This document shows, one piece after another, positions 42,260 through 51,199 of a stretch of 64,000 nucleotides of DNA. A model generated the notes under the pieces. The model made no database searches. It worked only from the letters and a program-made list of their open reading frames with translations, and had not been told where the DNA came from. Position numbers and translations under genes: made by a program. Source of the stretch: Nannocystis pusilla (GTDB lineage Bacteria; Myxococcota_A; Polyangia; Nannocystales; Nannocystaceae); NCBI RefSeq assembly GCF_020073745.1, contig NZ_JAIRAU010000047.1, forward strand, positions 349,990 through 413,989. The letters run 5' to 3'. Position 1 is the stretch's first letter. Each line of letters starts with the position of its first letter.

Positions 42260-43225
42260 ATGTTGGGGCGGGACTGGAGTCCGGCTTGGCGGCGGGCGGT
42301 TTCTCGCTACCATCGCCCCGTGCGAGACCTCTGCGCCGCCCTGATCCAGCTCGGCAGCGGGGCCGACCCCGTGCCGAGCCTCGCCCGCGCCGCCGAACTC
42401 ACGCGCGAGGCGCTCGCGCACGGCGCCGAGCTGGTCGTGTTGCCCGAAAACTTCTGGGCCGTGGCCCCGCCCGGCCTGGACCGCCGCCCCTGGGCGGTCG
42501 ATCTCGGCACCCTGGGGCCAGGCGGCGATCTCCGCGGCGATCCGCCGCCGGTGCTGCGTCCCTTCCTCGCTCTCTCGCACGAGCACCCGGCGGCGGTGAT
42601 CATCCTCGGCGGCCTGCCCGAGCTGCCGCCCTCGGGCGAGCCGGGCAAGTTCTACAACACCCTGGTCGCCCTGTTCGGCGGCCGGGTGGTCGCGGTCTAC
42701 CGCAAGATCCACCGCTTCGACGCCACCTTGCCGGACGGCTCGCGCGCCTCCGAGTCCGACGTGATCCTCGCGGGCGAGACTCCGCACGTGCTCGCGGCGC
42801 CGTTCGGCAAGATCGGCCTCAGCATCTGTTACGACCTCCGCTTCCCCGAGCTGTATCGCGCGCTCTCCGCCGCCGGCGCGGAGATCCTCGTCGTCCCCTC
42901 GGCCTTCACCCTGCTGACCGGCATCGACCACTGGGAGCCGCTCCTGCGCGCCCGCGCGATCGAGAACCAGGCCTACGTGCTCGCGCCGGCCCAGTACGGC
43001 CCGCACGGCCACGGCCGCCACAGCTTCGGCCACAGCCTCGCCGTCGACCCCTGGGGCGCCGTGATCGCCCAGGTCTCCCGCGGCGAGGGCATGGCCCTCA
43101 CCTGGCTGCGCGCCGACCTGCTGCAACGCGTCCGCAGCGACCTGCCCGCGCTCACGCACCGCCGGCTCCACGGCGTAACTCCGGCCGAGGTCGTCACGTT
43201 GTCGGCCGACGAGACCTCCGCGTGA
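42260..43225 (+). CDS. carbon-nitrogen hydrolase (Nit/omega-amidase-like)
   Basis: LVVLPENFW, KIHRFD, and GLSICYDLRFPELYR with the catalytic Cys. GGAG lies 6 nt upstream of ATG. Annotated ORF extends further upstream, antisense to rimP. Confidence 0.75.
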   Translation: MLGRDWSPAWRRAVSRYHRPVRDLCAALIQLGSGADPVPSLARAAELTREALAHGAELVVLPENFWAVAPPGLDRRPWAVDLGTLGPGGDLRGDPPPVLRPFLALSHEHPAAVIILGGLPELPPSGEPGKFYNTLVALFGGRVVAVYRKIHRFDATLPDGSRASESDVILAGETPHVLAAPFGKIGLSICYDLRFPELYRALSAAGAEILVVPSAFTLLTGIDHWEPLLRARAIENQAYVLAPAQYGPHGHGRHSFGHSLAVDPWGAVIAQVSRGEGMALTWLRADLLQRVRSDLPALTHRRLHGVTPAEVVTLSADETSA

Positions 43226-43887
43226 CCGGCCGCGCGACCCAGGAGGGCCGCAGCGCACCGGCGGGCCTCCACGCGCTGATGGACCGCTACCTCGACGGCG
43301 ACGCGCGGGCCTTCGCCGCGCTGCACGCCGCCCTCGCCCCTCGCCTCACCGCCTTCCTCGTGCACCTCGTCCGCGACACCGCCGCCGCCGAAGACCTGGT
43401 CCAGGCGACCTGGCTCAAGGCGCACCTGGCCCGCGCCCGCTTCCACGTCCAGGGCGCCAGCCCTGACGGCGCCGTCCAGGCCTGGTACTTCACGATCGCT
43501 CGCAACCTCGCCGTCGACCACCTGCGAGCGGGGGTCCGCGACCGCCGCCGGCGCGATCTCGGCGACGACGGCGGCGAGCGCGACCGCCTGGCGGAGATCC
43601 CCTCCGACCTGCCCACCGCCGAGGACCTGGAGATCGGCGAGGCCGAGGCGCAGGAGATCACCTCTCGCGTGCGCGACGCCCTCGCCCAGCTGCCCGCCGG
43701 CCAGCGCGAGATCGTCGAGCTCCACAAGTTCCAGGGCCTGAGCATGGCCGAGATCGCCGCTCGCCTGCGGATCCGCGAGGGCGCCGTGCGCGTCCGGGCC
43801 CACCGCGCCTACAAGGCTCTGGCCCGCTGGCTCACGCCGACGCTCCGCGCCCTGCTCCTGCTGCTCGCGCGAGGGGGCGGCGCATGA
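43222..43887 (+). CDS. ECF (sigma-70 family) RNA polymerase sigma factor
   Basis: Region 2 (DLVQATWLKAH…YFTIARN) and region 4 HTH (LPAGQREIVELHKFQGLSMAEIAARLRIREGAVRVRAHRAYKAL). GTG overlaps the nit TGA (GTGA). An ATG at 43279 is an alternative start. Confidence 0.8.
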   Translation: MTGRATQEGRSAPAGLHALMDRYLDGDARAFAALHAALAPRLTAFLVHLVRDTAAAEDLVQATWLKAHLARARFHVQGASPDGAVQAWYFTIARNLAVDHLRAGVRDRRRRDLGDDGGERDRLAEIPSDLPTAEDLEIGEAEAQEITSRVRDALAQLPAGQREIVELHKFQGLSMAEIAARLRIREGAVRVRAHRAYKALARWLTPTLRALLLLLARGGGA

Positions 43888-43988
43888 CCGAGCTGGACGC
43901 CTTCGACCGCTTCGCGCCGCCTCACGCCGCGCCCGACGTCGGCGCCTCCCTTCCTTTTATCCACGCCGCCGCGGGAGGGGCTCGCGCA
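43884..43988 (+). CDS. possible 34-aa coupled micro-ORF between sigma and anti-sigma genes
   Basis: ATGACCGAGCTGGACGCC… (MTELDAFDRFAPPHAAPDVGASLPFIHAAAGGARA). It starts in ATGA overlap with the sigma stop and ends in ATGA overlap with the anti-sigma start. Its first codons duplicate the anti-sigma start (MTEIDA). Confidence 0.25.
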
Positions 43989-44626
43989 TGACCGAGATCG
44001 ACGCCAGGGCGCTCATCGCCGGCGATCTCGCCGAGCGCCGGCGCGAGCGCCTGCAGCACTTCCGGCCGGCCTGGCTGCTCACCGCCGCGATCCCGATCGT
44101 CGGCCTCGTCCTCACCGGCGCGCGCGACGACCTCTGGGCCCAGCCGGCGTGGATGCTCGGCCTGCAGGCGCTGGTGTGGGGCCTCGCGCTGTTCGCCCTG
44201 CCGGCGCTCGGGCTCGGCCTGTGGTTCCCCGGCCGGGCCGCGCGGGTCGTCCTCGGCCTGCTCGCCGCCGCGGTCGCCTTCGTGGTCGCCGCCGGGCCTG
44301 CGCTTTTCGACATGTCCTATCCGACAGGTATGGAAGACCATCCGATCTACCAGGTCGGCTGCGCCTCCCTGACCCTCGGGGCAGGCGCCCTGGTCCTGGC
44401 CGTGTGCGCCCTGAGCGGCGCGTTCGTCCAGCGCCGGCGCTCCGCGGGCGCGCTGTGGCTGGCCGCGGCGATCGCCCTGCTCGGCGTCCTGACCACCACC
44501 TGGCACTGCGTCATCACCGGCCTCGATCACACCTTGCCGTCGCACCTCGGCGCCGGCGTCCTCATGCTGCTGGTCGCCGGCCTCGTCGGCGCCGGCCTGC
44601 ACCGGCGCCAGCGCGACCGGGCCTGA
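43988..44626 (+). CDS. polytopic membrane anti-sigma factor (DUF1109/NrsF-like)
   Basis: 212 aa. Cytoplasmic N-terminal helix followed by about six TM helices. Immediately downstream of, and coupled to, the ECF sigma gene. Confidence 0.55.
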   Translation: MTEIDARALIAGDLAERRRERLQHFRPAWLLTAAIPIVGLVLTGARDDLWAQPAWMLGLQALVWGLALFALPALGLGLWFPGRAARVVLGLLAAAVAFVVAAGPALFDMSYPTGMEDHPIYQVGCASLTLGAGALVLAVCALSGAFVQRRRSAGALWLAAAIALLGVLTTTWHCVITGLDHTLPSHLGAGVLMLLVAGLVGAGLHRRQRDRA

Positions 44627-44677
44627 GTCCGCCGGAAGCAGGCGCGGCCGCGGCTTTCTGCGCTAGGCTGCGCCCGC

Positions 44678-45733
44678 GTGGCCACCGAACACCTCCTCAC
44701 CCGCGGGCGCGACACCATCCGGATCGTCCATGACGACTGCGACCTCGTCACCGGCGAGGGCGAGCACGCCGTCACCCAGACCTTCGACGACGCCGACGAC
44801 GCCCGCGCGCACCTCGAGTACGTCCTGAAGCGGATGCGCCGCGACGGCTACGGCCTCACCTCGCGCCCGATCAGCCTCGAAGACAGCCAGCGCGACATCG
44901 CCGACGGCCTGTTCGAGTGGGACCCCGAGCGCCGCCGCCTCAAGTGCGTGTTCGTCGAGGACGACGGCGTCCGCGTCCGCTGCGAGCTGCTGGCCGACGT
45001 CGCCGACGCGCGCGAGGCCTCCAGCCTGCAATTCGTGTGCGACCACGCGATCCCCGGCCCCGCCCTGTCGGCCGCGCTGGCCGGGCGGCCGCTGCCGCGG
45101 ATCCGCAGCTTCATCTTCGACACCCCGTTCCAGACGATCACCCGCCAGCACGCCAACACCCCCGGCCGGCTCGACCTCGTCTTCCACGGCCTGCCCGCCC
45201 TCGAGTCCGCCTACGTCACCGGCGCGCCCGAGCTGCGCCGCTGCGGCCACCCGCGCCTGAAGCACCTGCACCTGCTCGGCGACCCGCTGCCGCCGGCCAC
45301 GCTCGCCGGCCTCGGCGACAGCGACTTCCCCGCGCTCGATCGCCTGGTGCTGTGCCTCAGCCGCGACGCCGAGCCCGCGCCCGCGGCCGCCGTCGTGCGG
45401 GCGCTGCGAGGCCTGCGCGCCCCGGCGCTGCGCCACGTCTACCTGTCCGGCAGCGACGACCTCGTGGCCCTGATCGACGCGCTGTGCGATCGCCCCCTGC
45501 CCGCCTCGTGGACCGTCCTCTCGCTCGAAGGCGTCCTGCGCGACGAAGACGACCTGCTCGCCGTCCTCGAGGCCCGCGCCCCCGTCCTCGGCCGGCTCCA
45601 GCGCCTCGCCCTCCCGCTCGCCGACGACCTGTCCGACGACGCCGCCGACCGCGTCCTCGCCCTCCTGCCCGCCGTCGTGGACCGCGACGAGCTGCCCGAG
45701 CAGCTGCTGCCCAGCGTCTACGAGGACTGGTGA
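44678..45733 (+). CDS. hypothetical protein with C-terminal leucine-rich-repeat-like region
   Basis: 351 aa, GTG start. C-terminal half has periodic L..L.L..L segments (LRHVYLSGSDDLVALIDAL…LSLEGV…LQRLALPLADDLSDD). Family not recognised. Confidence 0.45.
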   Translation: MATEHLLTRGRDTIRIVHDDCDLVTGEGEHAVTQTFDDADDARAHLEYVLKRMRRDGYGLTSRPISLEDSQRDIADGLFEWDPERRRLKCVFVEDDGVRVRCELLADVADAREASSLQFVCDHAIPGPALSAALAGRPLPRIRSFIFDTPFQTITRQHANTPGRLDLVFHGLPALESAYVTGAPELRRCGHPRLKHLHLLGDPLPPATLAGLGDSDFPALDRLVLCLSRDAEPAPAAAVVRALRGLRAPALRHVYLSGSDDLVALIDALCDRPLPASWTVLSLEGVLRDEDDLLAVLEARAPVLGRLQRLALPLADDLSDDAADRVLALLPAVVDRDELPEQLLPSVYEDW

Positions 45734-45744
45734 TCCGCCTGTCC

Positions 45745-45835
45745 TCCAGGGCATTCTCGAAAGGACATGCCGCGAAGAGCATGTCCTCTTGAACATCTCC
45801 CTCTGGACATGTCCTGAAAGACAGCGTCCCCGCGT
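45745..45835. repeat. CATG-centred palindrome cluster (GGACATGTCC family) between convergent genes
   Basis: AGGACATGC-CGCGAAGA-GCATGTCCT hairpin, then CTTGAACAT, then the perfect palindrome GGACATGTCC, then GAAAGACAGC. Confidence 0.55.
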
Positions 45836-45841
45836 CCGACC

Positions 45842-46831
45842 TCAGCCCTGCCCCGCGAGCCAGGCCGCCGTCCGCCGCAGCCCCTCCTCGAGCTCGACCT
45901 CCGCGCGGAACCCCAGCAGCTCCGCCGCCGTCTCCGTCACCGCCGCCGAGCGCGCGATCTCCCCCGGGCGGGCCGCCGCGAACGCGATCGGCTGGTCCTC
46001 GCCGCACACCCGCTGCACGGCGGCCGCCAGCTCGAGGATCGACGTCTCGCGCCCGGAGCCGACGTTGATCCCCGCCGGCTCCGGCGGCGTGTCCTGTCTC
46101 AATGAAGGAACATGTCCTGCGGGACCTGGCCCCGCGGCCAGCGCGATCGCCCGCGCCACGTCGCCGACGTACACCAGGTCGCGCGTCTGCGTGCCGTCGC
46201 CGAAGATCGTCAGCGACTCGCCGCGGCGCGCCCGCGCCAGGAACGCCGCCACCACCCCCGAGTACGGGCTGTGTGGGTCCTGCCGCGGCCCGTAGACGTT
46301 GAACAGGCGCAGGCACACCGTCGCCACCCCGTACAGCGGGCCGAGGCAGCCGAGGTACAGCTCGGCCGCCCGCTTGGCCGCCCCGTAGGGCGACAGCGGC
46401 GCGGTCGGGTCGCTCTCGGCCACCGGCACCTGCCGCGGCTCGCCGTAGACCGCCGCCGACGACGCGAACACGAACCGCGGCGCCCCCGCCGAGGCCGCCC
46501 ACAGCAGCAGCCGCGCCGTCGCGCGCAGGTTGAGGTCGAGGTCGTCGATCGGCGCGGCGATCGATCGCACCACCGACGTCTGGGCCGCCAGGTGGACCAC
46601 CGCCGCGAACGGCCCGCGGCCGGCCAGCAGCGCCGCCACGTCGCCGCGCACGTCGCCCGCGATCACCTCGACCTGCGAATCGCCTGTCCATTCGGCCAGG
46701 TTGTCGCGCCGCCCCGTGCTGAAGTCGTCGAGCACGACCACGCGCCGGCCGGCCGCGCGCAGGGCCGCGACCGCGTGCGAGCCGATGAACCCGGCCCCGC
46801 CGGTCACGAGCACCGCGTCGTCCACGGCCAC
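45842..46831 (-). CDS. NAD-dependent epimerase/dehydratase (UDP-glucose 4-epimerase-like)
   Basis: VLVTGGAGFIGSH Rossmann motif, YGAAK catalytic YxxxK, and SDR-extended family length. Confidence 0.85.
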   Translation of the reverse strand: MAVDDAVLVTGGAGFIGSHAVAALRAAGRRVVVLDDFSTGRRDNLAEWTGDSQVEVIAGDVRGDVAALLAGRGPFAAVVHLAAQTSVVRSIAAPIDDLDLNLRATARLLLWAASAGAPRFVFASSAAVYGEPRQVPVAESDPTAPLSPYGAAKRAAELYLGCLGPLYGVATVCLRLFNVYGPRQDPHSPYSGVVAAFLARARRGESLTIFGDGTQTRDLVYVGDVARAIALAAGPGPAGHVPSLRQDTPPEPAGINVGSGRETSILELAAAVQRVCGEDQPIAFAAARPGEIARSAAVTETAAELLGFRAEVELEEGLRRTAAWLAGQG

Positions 46832-46835
46832 CAGC

Positions 46836-47305
46836 CTAGCAGCGCCGCGACGCCAGCGCGAACGGGTTCTCCGGGCCCACCGACGCGTCGCCCTGCACGA
46901 TCTGCAGCTGCTGCTCGGACAGCGGCAGCGCCATCTGCCGGTACAGCGCCGCCGTCGAGAACCCGTACGGCTCGCCGTCGGCGTTGCTGTACGCGAACAC
47001 CACCCGCGGCACCCCGGCCAGGTGCAGCGCCGCCAGGCACATCGGGCACGGCTGCCCGCTCGCGTACACCGTGCAGTCGTCGAGCCGCGTGCGCCCCAGC
47101 GCCGCCGCCGCCGCGCGCAGCGCCAGCATCTCCGCGTGCGCCGATGGGTCGGGCCGCAGGTGCAGCTCGTTCACTCCCTCGGCCGCGATCGTCTCGCCCC
47201 GCACCACCACCGCCCCGTACGGCCGGCCGCCGCTGCGCACGTTGGCGCAGGCCAGCTCGATCGCGCGGCGGAGGAACACGTCGTCGGTACTCACGACTAG
47301 AACCA
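46836..47305 (-). CDS. CMP/dCMP-type nucleoside or nucleotide deaminase
   Basis: HAEMLALR … PCPMC zinc-binding motifs. About 156 aa from MVLVVSTDDVFLRRAIELA within a longer ORF. Confidence 0.7.
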
Positions 47306-47317
47306 TGCACGCCGCGG

Positions 47318-48172
47318 TCAGACCGCCAGCTGGGTGCGGCTCACGGCCACTTCTTCGCGCCCGTGGGGCAGCTCGAGGCCCTCGCCGGAGAACCGCGCGA
47401 TCGCCACCGTCACGTTGTCGGGTCCGCCGGCGGCACAGGCGGCCTCGGTCAGGGCCCGACAGCAGCGCAGTGGGTCTTCGTAGCGCAGCATCAGCCCGAG
47501 GATCTGCTCGTCGGTGACCGGCCCGGTGAGGCCGTCGCTGCACAGCAGCAGCACGTCGCCGGCGCGCAGCTGGACCACGTCGAACTCGGGCCCGACCCGC
47601 GGCTGCACGCCGAGCGCCTGCAGCAGCACGTTGCGGTGCTCGTAGTCGCGGGCCTGCTCGGGGCGCAGGCGGCCGGCCGCGATCAGCTGCCCGACCACGC
47701 TGTGATCGGTCGTGACCTGCGTCAGCGAGCGGCCACGGCGGATGTACGCCCGCGAGTCGCCGACGTGTCCGATCATCAATTCTGGCCCGAAGGCCAGGGC
47801 CGCCGTCAGCGTCGTGCCCATCCCGTGGCGGGCCGGATCTTCGACCGCGGCCGCGCGGATCTTGTCGTTCACCGCCGTGATCGCCTCGTGCATCACGTCC
47901 TGAGCCATGGCCGTGCTGGCGAACGGCGCCTTGGCGTGGACCACCGCCGACAGCACGTCGACCGCGATCCCCGAGGCCACGTCGCCGGCCGCCGCGCCGC
48001 CCATCCCGTCGCACACCGCGATCAGCGTCCCGCGCGACGTCAGCTGTTGCACGCGCTGGTGCGGCAGCAGCCCGCGCTCCCCCGTCTGGAGGTTTTGGAC
48101 CACGAAGTGGTCCTCGTTGCGCTTGCGGACGCAACCGACCTCGGTCCTCGCGAACACCTCGAGCTGCGCCAC
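47318..48172 (-). CDS. PP2C-family Ser/Thr protein phosphatase
   Basis: VRKRNEDHF, CDGMGG, GDSRAYI, LLCSDGLTG, and GGPDNVTVAI motifs. Confidence 0.85.
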   Translation of the reverse strand: MAQLEVFARTEVGCVRKRNEDHFVVQNLQTGERGLLPHQRVQQLTSRGTLIAVCDGMGGAAAGDVASGIAVDVLSAVVHAKAPFASTAMAQDVMHEAITAVNDKIRAAAVEDPARHGMGTTLTAALAFGPELMIGHVGDSRAYIRRGRSLTQVTTDHSVVGQLIAAGRLRPEQARDYEHRNVLLQALGVQPRVGPEFDVVQLRAGDVLLLCSDGLTGPVTDEQILGLMLRYEDPLRCCRALTEAACAAGGPDNVTVAIARFSGEGLELPHGREEVAVSRTQLAV

Positions 48173-48173
48173 C

Positions 48174-49526
48174 TCAGTGCATCCTCACGCGGAAGATCTG
48201 GTCCCCGACCCGGAACATGTCGCCCGGTTGAAGGATGACATCCCCGCGGATCCGGAGGTAGGTCCCGTTGGCCGAGCGGAGGTCGGTGAGGAGGACGGTC
48301 ATCGCGTCTCCGCGCAGCTCCATCGCCAGCTGCGCGTGTTGCCAGCTGACGAAGGGGTCGGTCGGGAAGATGATGTCGCCGAGTTCGCGGCCGAACACGA
48401 TCTGCGGCGCGCGCAGGCAGTGGACCTCGGCCTCGGCCCCGCCGACCCCGATCAGCGTCAGGCGGCCCCACGCCGGCTGCATCGGCGTGCCGAACAGGCG
48501 CGTCGCCTCGGCGTCGAGCTCCTGCTCGCGTCCGCCCGACGGGAGGTTCTCCAGCCGCAGCAAATGGTGACCCACGAGGAAGAGATCGCCCGGAAACACC
48601 GGTTCCGGCCGCGAGATCCGGACATAGACCCCGTTGCGCGATCCCAGATCGCCCAGGCGGACCCCGCCGCCGGGCGCCGGCTCGAGGCGGGCGTGGGCCG
48701 GGCTGAGGAACTCGTCGCTCGGGAACATCAGGTCGCCCTGCTTGCGGCCCACCACCAGCGTCCCGCGCAGCGCCACCGACTCGCCCTCCGAGCCGTCGCG
48801 CTTCACCAGCACGATCCGCAGCGGCGCCGCCCCGGCCGAGCGACGCGACGACTCGACGGCCAGCCTCGCCATCGGCGCCGACCACGACGGCCCGCCCGGC
48901 GAGCCCGTCACCGACACCTGCGCCTGCTCCGACGGCAGCGCCTGACCCATCCGCGCCGTGTCGCCGGGCCCTGGCCCCTCGCGCGGCACCGGCACCCCGT
49001 CGGCCGGCGGTCGCAGCCCGACCACCCGCGCCACCCCCCACGAGCCCTGGCCCGGCTCGCTCGCCTCCGGGCCGTTGCCGGCGTTGCCGCCGCTGTCGGC
49101 GGCGACGAGCGGGGGCTCGGCCTCGCTGGCGTTCGGGACAGGTGCGGTCGGCGGCGCCGGGGTCGCCGGCGAGACGATCCCGGCCTCGGGCGCCGGGGTC
49201 GGTTCACCCGCGGAAGAACGCGGCGCCGGATCGGGTACGGGGGGTCGTGCCGGCTCCACCTCGCCCGTGCCCTCGAGCAGGCGTCGCGGGATCAACTTCA
49301 TGCTCTGGGTGCTCGGGCGCGGCAGCCGGGAGTGCACGCGCAGGCCGCAGATCTGGCAGAACTCGAAGCCGTCGCCGAGCGGCTGCCCGCAGCGCGCGCA
49401 CTTCGGGAGCGCGCTCACTGGCGCCGGTGGCGACAGGCGATAACCGCAGATCTCGCACGCAGCAGCCTCTGGGGCGTGTTCGGTGCCACAGGCGGGACAG
49501 GGGATCCACTCCGTCATCGGCCTCAT
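48174..49526 (-). CDS. double zinc-ribbon plus two-FHA-domain protein
   Basis: N-terminal CPACG…CEICG…CARCG…CQICG. Two FHA cores (…VVGRKQGDLMFPSDEFLSPAHARLE…SRNGVYV and …IVFGRELGDIIFPTDPFVSWQHAQL…SANGTYL). Stop abuts the PP2C start. Confidence 0.8.
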   Translation of the reverse strand: MRPMTEWIPCPACGTEHAPEAAACEICGYRLSPPAPVSALPKCARCGQPLGDGFEFCQICGLRVHSRLPRPSTQSMKLIPRRLLEGTGEVEPARPPVPDPAPRSSAGEPTPAPEAGIVSPATPAPPTAPVPNASEAEPPLVAADSGGNAGNGPEASEPGQGSWGVARVVGLRPPADGVPVPREGPGPGDTARMGQALPSEQAQVSVTGSPGGPSWSAPMARLAVESSRRSAGAAPLRIVLVKRDGSEGESVALRGTLVVGRKQGDLMFPSDEFLSPAHARLEPAPGGGVRLGDLGSRNGVYVRISRPEPVFPGDLFLVGHHLLRLENLPSGGREQELDAEATRLFGTPMQPAWGRLTLIGVGGAEAEVHCLRAPQIVFGRELGDIIFPTDPFVSWQHAQLAMELRGDAMTVLLTDLRSANGTYLRIRGDVILQPGDMFRVGDQIFRVRMH

Positions 49527-49759
49527 GCCTGGAGAAGGCTTGCCAGGGTCGCGCGCGTGGGATAGACCCGCGCTCGCCCGCGATTCGCCCCGTCAGGGTA
49601 CCCGTCCGGCTCGGACCGCGTCAATTGAGCGTCGCCATTGCACAGTCAGGCTCGTCGCCGCCGCCCTCCGCGCCCGAGCAGTCATCCGCGGGCGGGTCTG
49701 CCGGGCCCACCGGCGCCCCGTGGCCGTCGCCCGTGGGCGATCCCTCCCGGCCCTCGGGG

Positions 49760-51199
49760 GTGGGCGCCTCGTCCACGCGGTCCGACCGCGACGGATCGCA
49801 GTGGCTGCTCCGCCCCGACTCCTCCTCACGGAGCCGCGGCGCCGGATCGCCTCCCTCGCCCGCGCGGCGGCTCGCGCGAGCCGTCTTCGCCGCCCTCGCC
49901 GCGCTGGGCCTGCCCGCGCTCGTGGCCTGCGCCCCGATCGTGCGTCCGCCGGCCTTCGTCGGCGCGCGCGACCTCGTCACCGACGCCTCGCTGCTCGGCC
50001 CCTTCGACGGCCAGGTCGTCGACGTCGCCACCAGCGAGCCGATCGCCGAGGCCACCGTCGTCGCCGTCTGGTCGTACGACCGCGGCGACGGCTTCATCGG
50101 CCCCTGGGGCGCGGAAACGTCCAGCGTCACCACCGACGCCGCCGGCCGCTACCGGATCCCTCCGGCCAGGCTCAGCGTGCGCGGCTCGACCACGCGGCTC
50201 GTCGACGCCTACCTCATCGTCTACAAGCGCGGCTACGCCGGCTACCGCTCCGACGCCGTCCCCACCGGCGGCCCCCGCTCCGACTTCACCGTGCGACACA
50301 ACCGCGTCGAGCTGCGCAAGTGGCAGAACAGCGACTCGCACGCCGATCATCTGTTGTTCCTGGCGCCGCCGCGGCCGCTGCACAAGGCCGTGCGGTGGGA
50401 GGCCGACCTCGCCAACCTCGACCTGTTCCGCGCTCTCGGCGGCGCCGGAGGTCCGGTGGTCGCGGTCGAAGAGGAGGAGGGCGGCAAGCCGGCCGGGCCG
50501 GTCGTCGCCGAGGTGCTCGACGCCACCGCCCTGCTCACCCCCGACGAGGTCCGCCAGCGCACCGGCTACACCGAGGCCTTCGAGGTCAAGGACCTCACCG
50601 ACCTCAAGCGCACCGGCTTCTACCACGGCGTCCACCTGCAGGCGATCAGCAGCGACGAGCGCCACGACCTCGCCTTGCGGGTGTGGAGCGCCCCGCCCGG
50701 CGGCATGGACCCGGTCGCGGCGACGATCCAGGAGACCTTCGGCAAGGTCAAGCCGGCCGGCGACATCACCCCCGAGACGTGGAGCACCACCGCCGACGGC
50801 GTGCACGCGATCGGCTTCGTCGACCGCGAGCAGAAGGTCGGCGTGCTGCTGACCTGCGGCGACCAGCAGTGCCACGACCTCGACACCGCGCTGATCCTCG
50901 CCAAGCACGTCCACCGCAACCTCGACCGCCTCGAGCAGGTGCCCGACCCGGCCGCGGGCGCGCCCGCCGGGACCGCGCCCGCCGCCTCCGGCGTCCCGGG
51001 CGGCGCCGTCCCGGGCAAGTCCGCCGCCCCGGGCGGCAGCGGCGGCGCGACCAACCCCGCCGGCGTCGCCAGTCCCAAGGGCCAGGGCGCTTCGACCATG
51101 TCCCCAGAGTCAGGTCAAACCACCAGTCCCAAGGGCCAGGGCGCTTCGACCATGTCCCCAGAGTCAGGCCAGCCGGCCGGGAAGGGCCGGCGCCCGTGA
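49760..51199 (+). CDS. secreted lipoprotein with carboxypeptidase-regulatory-like N-domain and SPKGQ-repeat tail
   Basis: Leader ARRLARAVFAALAALGLPALVAC (lipobox LVAC). GQVVDVATSEPIAEATVVAV…DAAGRYRIP resembles the CarboxypepD_reg fold. C-terminal GVASPKGQGASTMSPESGQ x2. The other two open frames here are Arg-rich artefacts. Start codon uncertain (several in-frame GTG/CTG/TTG between 49620 and 49805). Confidence 0.55.
   Translation: MGASSTRSDRDGSQWLLRPDSSSRSRGAGSPPSPARRLARAVFAALAALGLPALVACAPIVRPPAFVGARDLVTDASLLGPFDGQVVDVATSEPIAEATVVAVWSYDRGDGFIGPWGAETSSVTTDAAGRYRIPPARLSVRGSTTRLVDAYLIVYKRGYAGYRSDAVPTGGPRSDFTVRHNRVELRKWQNSDSHADHLLFLAPPRPLHKAVRWEADLANLDLFRALGGAGGPVVAVEEEEGGKPAGPVVAEVLDATALLTPDEVRQRTGYTEAFEVKDLTDLKRTGFYHGVHLQAISSDERHDLALRVWSAPPGGMDPVAATIQETFGKVKPAGDITPETWSTTADGVHAIGFVDREQKVGVLLTCGDQQCHDLDTALILAKHVHRNLDRLEQVPDPAAGAPAGTAPAASGVPGGAVPGKSAAPGGSGGATNPAGVASPKGQGASTMSPESGQTTSPKGQGASTMSPESGQPAGKGRRP

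Noticed and set aside
44678-44860. Possible WGR-like domain at the N-terminus of the 351-aa hypothetical protein
   Set aside because: No WGR tripeptide or convincing motif match. Left as unknown.
49483-51195. N-terminal 570 residues of the 1280-aa plus-strand ORF and the 404-aa ORF at 49638
   Set aside because: They are Arg/Pro/Gly artefact frames. Only one of the three plus frames (the one ending at 51199) shows a signal peptide and domain-like sequence. The 1280-aa frame becomes genuine only from the GTG at 51196.
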